Assembly: GCA_964019335.1 (NCBI GenBank)
Contig: OZ025722.1
Coordinates: 413,877 to 477,876 of the forward strand
Length of the DNA stretch: 64,000 nt
Direction: 5' to 3'
Source: Diplonema japonicum
Taxonomy: Eukaryota > Protista > Euglenozoa: Diplonemea
The number at the start of each line of letters is the position of its first letter. The first letter of the stretch is position 1. The translations under genes and the position numbers were made by a program. Positions 56,801 to 64,000 of this stretch are shown here, piece after piece. Under the pieces are notes generated by a model that ran no database searches, was not told the DNA's origin, and was given only the letters and a program-made list of their open reading frames with translations.

Positions 56801-57966
56801 GGAAGGGGCGCTCCGAACGGTAGACGTCCTCAAGAGGCAGGTGAAAGGATACGGGACTATGATCGGAGCCCCACGTGCCCAGCGTCTTCGGCTCAAGCTT
56901 CGCGCAGCGCCCCACAACCAGGTCCAGAACGTGTCGTGACGAGTCCCTCGTCGGTTCGTTGCGGTCGTTGTAGACGGAGTACCCGTGGGTGTCCAGCCAG
57001 TCCCTGACCACGTTCCCCCTCTCGTTCGGCGTCGTCACCGTGCGTCCCAGGAGCTGTGGTGAGCATTGAAGTCACCCGCTATGACTGTGTTCTTCCCCAT
57101 GGGAAGGCTGCCAGGCCGCAGGTACTCAGGGTCCCTCGTGCCTCTGCTCGCGCTTACCGGTGTAAGGTAAACGTTGGAGAGAGTGATCGGCTCACGCTTC
57201 TCGCAGGAGATCCTCACATCCAGTCTCTCAGTGACACAGTCCCCAGCCGGGAGTACGTGCGGAACCTCCTCCGAGGCAAGATCGTCGCGGACATACGTGA
57301 CAATACCACCACCCCTCGTCGCAGTGCCGTCAGTCACCGGTGTCAACCGATCCCTCCTGTATGACCTGTACCCAGGCAGGTGTGGCGTGTCGTGCCCTTC
57401 CCTCAGGTGCGTCTCCTGTATCATGATGATGTCCAGCGACAAGAAGTCAGCATGGCGAGATACGACGGTCCATTTCGCAACGAGGCCGTTGCAGTTCCAC
57501 GAGACAACCTTGAGACCCTTAGGCGACGGGGGCGGCAGCTTCTTGGGTGGGCCAGGGTTTGTTTCGACCAGCCCAAGCAGCCCCAGCAGGTCCCTGACGG
57601 ACATCCTCCCGAGTAGGGTGGGGATCAGTGCAGAAAAGTCGGTGAAGAAACAGAGAGGTAGGAGTCTCCTGGGGAGGATGCGAGGGAGACTAGGAGAGGG
57701 AGCATGGTCGTAGATCTGCTGCTCCCCCTGTTCTGCGGGGCCCCTTCAATTGGATGGACCCATGGAGGCAGAGCGCCCCTTGACCCCATTGGTGAAGAGA
57801 TCTTTGGTCTCCGCGAACGACCTGGCCCGCCCCCTCGTACCCAGGTTCGTCACCGCAGCCTCAGAGGTCGTAGCGAGAGGAGGAGCCCCCTTCTTCCCCT
57901 TCCCTTTCTAGACACTGTCGTGTGTCGTCGTCGCCCCCGGTGTAGGGTCCCGCGGCACTGCCGTCA
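53857..57966 (-). mobile_element. ingi/I-group non-LTR retrotransposon (APE endonuclease, RT, RNase H, CCHC), internally deleted
   Basis: 12-bp TSD TTAAAACCTAGT (53845-53856, 57967-57978), T-run 53856-53874 = poly(A); SWNCNGL/QETHL/GDFNAH, YRPICLTS/QAGFR/DFSSAFD, YTDGS/TDSLS/VPSHCGVDGNEKAD; frameshift near 57035 and RT domains 4-7 missing. Confidence 0.95.
57548..57592 (-). other. 2A-like (StopGo) peptide motif upstream of the LINE endonuclease
   Basis: DLLGLLGLVETNPGP immediately before the APE domain. Confidence 0.75.
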
Positions 57967-58219
57967 TTAAAACCTAGTCACTAATAATAATAAATATTCC
58001 ACTACCAGGCGGGAGGATCGAAGGGGAGTAGAGAAAACCATTCAAGGGAAAGGGACATCACTTCAAACCAAGAGAGGTGTTTGAAGTGATTCGTGAAAAG
58101 CAGTCTCTGTTACTGAGCCACGTGCGAAGTAAAGGTGAAGACAAAAAGGTCTTTGTTATTTGCATACCTGGAGCATATTGAATCCGTACGAAAGGACTGG
58201 AGGTATTTTTTTGGAATCA

Positions 58220-58584
58220 AAAAAGATGAAGAAACAAAGAATCTTCAATGTGTGTGTGTGTGTGTTTCACAAGCTGTAAGTGACCAGGTTGCACATTCTC
58301 CACCATGAAATGGCGGAGGCAAACAAAAGGTTGCAATCATCGCTGTGCTCATGCGGTGCAAGCCTGGCCTCTGTCATCATCCAGCTTTGGTCTTGTGCCG
58401 AAGTAAGTAATCTCCAACACGAATATACTCAAAAACAGATCCTGTGTAGAGTACAGTCTTGCCCTTCGTGAGCCTATCAAACCAATAATGGAATTTAAGA
58501 ACCTTCGTTTAATACCGAAAATTATGCTGCAGGAAAGGTCTTGAAACGTGAAAAGGTGTAACAACTTGGAATCGAACCAGTAAC
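58220..58584 (-). repeat. Dispersed repeat A, inverted copy
   Basis: Reverse complement of 47277-47640. Confidence 0.9.
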
Positions 58585-59292
58585 ACTAAATTTTAATCCT
58601 TCTTCATCAATTCCTCTTGTATTTTGCCTTTTTTCAAGCAATGACAAGATTAAGGAGTTGCTCGGTTCAATTTCACGTTTCTTTGGGTTTCCTTTGTTGT
58701 AATCGAGGATGTGTGCATAACCTGTGGCAAAGATCTTGGGTTGGGATTTTTGATAAGATAGCCTTCCTTGTTTCTTGGGAAGATACATACCTGATTGGTG
58801 TCTGGCCTGATCAAGTAGGGTGCCGACATATCAACGGTCCTTGCATTGCACTTCGCTTGGAACGTTGGTAGGGGCTGGGCTTGCCTGGCTTCCACAATGA
58901 AATTTTTGGTAGCGGTGGTGCTGCGCTTGCGCAAACCCACCTTTCTTTTTTTTTTTTGTTTTGTTTTCTCCTAAACATGACCATGCACCTACGTGCAAGA
59001 TCCGCTGCGCAGATCATCGGAAACATTGGACACCAGCCACTCCGAAGTAAGACAACCACTTCCTGCCACCCACTCCATCTTCATTTCAACGACATGCAGC
59101 GTTAGCGGATGCCATTCATGCTATCGGAGAAGAGGAAGACAGCAGCGAAGAGGACATGAGAGTCGAGTTTGAAGAATACAAAGAAAAGGAGAGGAAAGAA
59201 CGGGAACGTGAGAAGAAAAGAGAAGAAATTGAAAAGCGAAACAGACATGCGAAGCAGAACCCAATCTTGATAACAAGCGAGCAAGGAGAAAG

Positions 59293-60253
59293 GTGGTCAC
59301 CTTCAACTGCAACAGGTGGACCACAAGCAGAGACTTCGTAATAAACGGCCTGCAGGAAAACCGGATAGACGTGCTGTGCCTCCAGGAAGTTTTCCTCAAA
59401 ACACCGATAGAAATCAAGGGGTACAACACCTATCAACAGAACCGTACAATACCAAGACGGAAAGGAAAGGCAATAGAAGGCGGAGGCGTAGCCATCCTGG
59501 TACGAGAAGGCATCCCGGCCAGGCAGAGCGACACCTACACCAAGAGAGTGACGGAAAAGATATCCGTATTAATCAGCCAGAAGAACGGACCGGACATCCA
59601 CATTGTGAACCTCTACCGCCCACCACTCAACGGAGGGGACGACACCCGCACAGAGGATTTCACCGCAGAAGACCTGCATGACGGCGATAACGTCCTAACA
59701 GTAGGAGACATAAACCTGCACCACAAAACGTGGAGTGCACACATGACAGAGGACGCAGGCGGCACAAAAATCAATGACTGGATCGCGGAGAGAGGAAGGG
59801 TGGTCTGGAACAACCCAGACGAAGCGATATATGCGGAAAATCACCCCTATATATGCGGAAGATGACCACGCCCTGCCGGCCCTGCAGAGGCTTACCCAAG
59901 CCCCTGTATACCGGGAGATCCCAAACCCATGCGAAAGCAGAAAAGAAAAAAAATAAAAATAAAAAAAATGAATTTCCTGGGCTCTCGGCTCTGTACACCC
60001 CAGAAAAACGTAGAATCAGGGGTTTGGCTTCCCCAAGCCTCACAGGCGGGCGTGGCCATGCGAAAGCATAAAAAAAAAGGGTACCTTCCCACGAGACCCA
60101 GTCGGCCCAACGCGCCGCTAAGGTCGGGAAGGGCCCTGTCCAACGAGATGTGAGGGGGCCCCAGGGTGGTCGATCCACCCCCCTGGGCTCGCAAGGGCCC
60201 AGGGCTTGAGCAGCCAACATTAAGGGTTCCTGAGGGAAGCCCACTTTAGAATT

Positions 60254-60255
<2 letters not shown>
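59293..60255 (+). mobile_element. Deleted non-LTR retrotransposon: APE endonuclease fragment joined to a structured GC-rich tail
   Basis: VTFNCN, DVLCLQE, GGGVAILVR, NLYRPP, GDINLHH..W; no RT follows; boundaries approximate. Confidence 0.75.
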
Positions 60256-60284
<29 letters not shown>

Positions 60285-60416
60285 CCATTACAACAAATCG
60301 ACAAAGGGGAAAAAAAAAAAAAAAAAGAAAGATAGCAAAAAAAAGGGGGCCGGGAGTTTTCCCCCTGAAGTTCCTTTGTTAAAACATGTTTGCTGTTGGG
60401 TTCTCGTTTCTTCTCT

Positions 60417-60697
60417 TTGGTTTAACTAGAAGTTTTCCTTCTACAGCTTGTTTGCTGATGGTTTAGAGTTGATTCTTTTCTATTTTTTATCTTATGGTTT
60501 AACTAGAAGTTTTCCTTCTACAGCTTGCTTGCTGATGGTTTTAAGTTGATTCTCTTTTATTTTCATTTTTATTTTTATTTTTGGTTTAACTAGAAGTTTT
60601 CCTACAGCTTGTTTGCTGATGGCTTTAAGTTGACTCTTTTTTATTTTTATTTTTGGTTTAACCAGAAGTTTTCCTTCTACAGCTTGTTCGCTGACGG
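60417..60697. repeat. Minisatellite, about 4 imperfect units of ~70-90 bp
   Basis: TGGTTTAACTAGAAGTTTTCCTTCTACAGCTTGTTTGCTGATGG recurs four times. Confidence 0.9.
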
Positions 60698-60767
60698 GTG
60701 GGTTTATCGGGCGGGCTTCCATAGCTGGTGATCTATGGAAGCCTTCCCAAATTTTTTCTTTTTTTCA

Positions 60768-60882
60768 GGCCGGGCTGGGGAAGGACGGCAAGACCACCAA
60801 CGGAGGAGAAACCGCTGCAGAAAGGGGAAAGGTGCAGGAAGACGAGAGGGCGTCTCACAAAGACTCCCTTTAATTCATATAT
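60768..60882 (+). mobile_element. Short 3'-terminal copy of the LINE at 39762-41450
   Basis: Matches 41323-41450 (GGCAAGACCACCAA..GGAGGAGAAACCGCTGC..GTCTCACAAAGACT..TCATATAT). Confidence 0.85.
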
Positions 60883-61551
60883 CTTTTATTTTCTTTTTAT
60901 CTTTCTTTTCTTCTTTATTTTCTTTCTCCCAACCCAACCCCCCCCCGAAAAAAAAAGAAAAGAAAAGAAAAGATTCATTCCTCCCTAGTTTATTATATTT
61001 TGCATCAGGTTCGCCGAGAAAATAAAAGGAAAAATAAAGAAAGAGAACGGCAACCAAACTTTAAATTCTTATTTTATCATCAAAGGAGGTTTGAAAAAGA
61101 GAAAATTAAAGAGAAGAAAGAGACCTTTTTCTCCTCTATCGATAAGTGATTCACGAACTCGAATCTTTATCACCACTTTTTTGTGCATGCCAGATTTTTT
61201 TTTTCTCCCGCCTTGTTAAAGAAGTTTTAATTTACTAATAATAAAAAAAAAAAAGTGAAAAGAGGAGTAGAAGACGATCCGGTGGGGGGCATGGGAACCA
61301 TAAACCGTGTCTTCCATCGCGATCGGCAAGGCGGGGGCTTTTCCGTCCCATGGGTGAAAAGAGGCGGATAAAATCACTATTCCGGACCCCCCCCCAACAC
61401 TGAGCATGCACTTTTTCCCCCATACATACCTCTCTCGTTTATCAAAATATCACCATTTTTACGGCGGACGCCAAGAAAAAAAGCCAAGGAGAAGGAGTTT
61501 AGGGAGGAATTGAAAGACCTACGGCCCCAAAGAAGGCGGTGAAAACAGCCA

Positions 61552-62313
61552 TGGTGGGCCAGCCCTGGCAGACAGGGAGCCTGAACACCAAGAACACCGC
61601 GGAGCCAAATTTGCATCCGGAATTTTCGGTTTTCAAACTTACAAAAACCCCCTGTAGGCATCTGCGTCCGTCCAGCCCCATTTTGGCACCCCTTTTGGGT
61701 GCGGAAAAAAAAAGCACCACGTCGGACGGGAGAGGGGAGGCTGTACGATCTTGTGGCGAGGATAGAGCAAGCACAGGAGGTCCGGCCCGGAGGCAGGAGG
61801 GTGACTATCTTCCCCACGGGGGCGGAAGAGGGGGTGAGCTACACTCTCAGTACCCAGCCCGACGTGGATCCCGAGGTGTTCAGGTGGAGGATAGTCGCGA
61901 GCAACATGGCGAACGGCACCGAAGGGAACCTGCACCTGGTGAAAGTGCAAGAGGAGGGTGGGGAAGTGGTCCCCGTGGCGGAGTACCAGAGGGTCTTGGA
62001 GGCGCGGAAAAGACACAGGGATTTCGCGGCGGGGATGAGGCGGGTGAAACAGGAGGAAGGGGCAAACAAGAGGCAGAGGGAGGGGAGCGAGGGGACGATG
62101 GTGGGAACCCCGGACGGACAAGGGAAGTCGGTGGAGGTCCAAAAGTCCAGGAAACAGCTCGCCCCTGCGCGTGGGGTGGAGGCGCAGGAGGAGATGGACA
62201 CCTATGTCGGGAGGTTGTCACCATCATCTTCGGAGGGGGGCTCCCAAGGCGCGACCCCCCGAAGCCCCATCCCCCTTCAGATGGAGGGGGTTGATGACAG
62301 CGAGTATAATTGA
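61552..62313 (+). other. Purine/GC-rich ORF-like segment of unknown origin (possible gene remnant or TE ORF1)
   Basis: Overlapping 204- and 251-aa ORFs, no recognisable motif. Confidence 0.3.
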
Positions 62314-62680
62314 GAGGGATAGTTAAATAGGAAAAACTACAAAGGAAAAAAAAAAAAAGAAAAAGAAAAAGAAAGAGAGAAAGAAGAGAGGGAGAGAAAC
62401 AGGGTGAGTACGCTTTCGTTAAAGCGCTCCCCCATACATGCATTTTATTTTTATTTTTATTTTATTTATTCCTTGTTTTCCCTTAACAATGTTTTGGTCA
62501 AAACGTTCTTTTTAGGGAAGGGAAAAAAAAAAAAAAAGGAATAAACAGAAAGAGAAGAGAGCAATTGATTGTCTGCCTCTCTTCTCCCTCTATTTTTACT
62601 TTTATTTTATTTATTTATTTATTTTTTTTTATTTTTTATTTATTTTTTTTTTTTTACTTTTATTCATTTTTTATTTTTAA

Positions 62681-63784
62681 CCATTAAAGGACGAAGCGCT
62701 AGATATCTAGCGATCAAAAAATTAAGATTTTTGTATAGGCATTTTAAGTACCATAGACCCTTACCCTTGCACAGAATGACCTAGTTCCGCGATTTCTTTT
62801 CCATCGAAAATCACTTTTGGCCCCTAGATTAACCTCCAAAAACACCCTCGAAACCAGTTTTTGGTGGCACGAAAGCTCAGATGAGCAGTACTGATTCAGA
62901 CGAGTTCGGGGGTGACAAAGGGGACATTCTCACTGACGATGGGACCTCACCTAGCGCCAGTAGTGACGAGAAGAGTGAAAATATGCCCTGGGAGAGCGAT
63001 ATTGCGCAGGTTACGCGTAAGAAGTGACAGGGCACAGGGGGGCAAAAATCACCCTTTTCCCACATGAGTGCATCAAGGATTTCCAAGCTGTTCATCTCAA
63101 TGGGGTTTGTGAAATCTCTTTGCACCGTTTGCAAGTACCACAACCCCGACTTTGACTTCACTGTGGGCGATATCTATCAGTTTCTGGCCTTGTGGGTGCT
63201 CATGGACATCATCCGCAAGGCTGGCATAAAAGATTACTGGCCGACCATTTGTGCCCTCACCACACCTTTTTTTGGCAAGTGTAATGAAACGTTACTGCTT
63301 TTTGCGCTTACAGCGGTCGTTGCATTTTGGAGGGGTGAAGAGACAGACAGGTTGCAAAAAATAAGAATCTTGCTCCCCTACCTGTCTGCAACACTATTCC
63401 CCCGGAGAATCGATCATTGATGAGAGTATGATCAAGTCACACGGTAGGCATCGCTTCAGAGTATTCCAGCCTGCAGACAGGTGAGGCTGTGCACCGGACA
63501 GGATCTGACACAGGGTCGTGTTCAACTTGTCGATCTACTGTAAAGACCTTGCTAATACCATTGTAAAAGCGTGAAATAGCAATCAAACACAGCACTGTGG
63601 ACCCCGATGTGAGGTATCTCAGCACTTGGCATATTACCTTCCCATTTGGTGAAGGATCGAGGTCATTGTAGGGGGGTGCTGGTGTTTGGGAGCCCTGACT
63701 CGCGTGCAGGATTGGCGTACCACGTGATCACTGCAGAAGCACCAATGCTTATGATGCCAAAAAAGGACAACATGGCAACCAAAA
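62681..63784 (+). mobile_element. piggyBac-like transposon remnant (left end plus pseudogenised transposase)
   Basis: TTAA|CCATTAAAGG terminus, palindrome CGCTAGATATCTAGCG, acidic N-terminus from 62881, IYQFLALWVLMDI..IKDYW..TPFF, DRLQKIR, IDESMIKSHGRHRFRVFQP across frameshifts; right boundary inferred. Confidence 0.8.
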
Positions 63785-63785
63785 T

Positions 63786-63823
63786 ACCAACGATTCTAAA
63801 GCTACAGTTTCTGTACTTTATTG
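63786..63823 (+). other. Diplonemid-type spliced-leader exon sequence, probably retroposed
   Basis: ACCAACGATTCTAAAGCTACAGTTTCTGTACTTTATTG contains the conserved euglenozoan SL 3' end CAGTTTCTGTACTTTATTG. Confidence 0.9.
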
Positions 63824-63949
63824 GTCGTTCGTGTTCTGCTGGTGCCTGCCGCCTCTGCCTGGGTTTGCCGCTGCGTCCGTCGTCCGTCGTCGCCGTCGTC
63901 CGGGGGGGTTGTTTTGCCCGTCGGCCTGCCCGCCGCTCAACGAAAGGAT

Positions 63950-64000
63950 CCCGCAAACCCGCAAACCCGCAAACCCGCAAACCCGCAAACCCGCAAACCC
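63950..64000 (+). repeat. Perfect 8-bp tandem repeat (CCCGCAAA)n running off the window
   Basis: Six full units plus CCC visible. Confidence 0.95.

Noticed and set aside
57030-57040. Programmed frameshift between endonuclease and RT ORFs
   Set aside because: No slippery sequence, and it falls inside the endonuclease domain of an already defective copy; simple indel more likely
57720-57966. HDV-like ribozyme / 77-nt signature at the 5' end of the ingi-like element
   Set aside because: No nested double-pseudoknot core recognisable by eye; the element may be 5'-truncated
58057-58090. 12-bp perfect hairpin ATCACTTCAAAC..GTTTGAAGTGAT
   Set aside because: Isolated, with no associated feature or second copy
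63950-64000. (CCCGCAAA)n as a telomere
   Set aside because: C-rich strand points toward the window's 3' end (wrong polarity for a right telomere) and differs from euglenozoan TTAGGG

Overview
Eukaryotic genomic DNA, most likely from a diplonemid (Euglenozoa). The basis is a diplonemid-type spliced-leader sequence at 63786-63823, host genes all on the + strand with very short spacers (polycistronic-style), and tiny GT-AG introns. The window has three zones. (1) 1-32 kb is a dense housekeeping array: pseudo-lipase membrane protein, SHIPPO-repeat protein, SDR, Thg1-like protein, kaptin-like protein, a cNMP-domain/SLC25 carrier fusion, PSI-like membrane protein, RanBP2-ZnF protein, PPR protein, coiled-coil protein, CCCH+MLLE protein, ABCA transporter and USP5/13. 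(2) 32-47 kb is an island of four apparently intronless secreted proteins (PKD-like, tyrosinase, LamG, GH18 chitinase), two sharing a Cys-rich module, interspersed with transposon debris. (3) 47-64 kb is a mobile-element graveyard around a canonical U2 snRNA gene. It holds a TIR DNA transposon copy, a Crypton-like tyrosine recombinase remnant, an ingi-like LINE with 12-bp TSD, poly(A) and a variant 2A motif, an APE-endonuclease fragment, a piggyBac remnant, and an SL-headed insertion running into (CCCGCAAA)n at the window edge. All family calls come from motif recognition by eye; no database searches were run.
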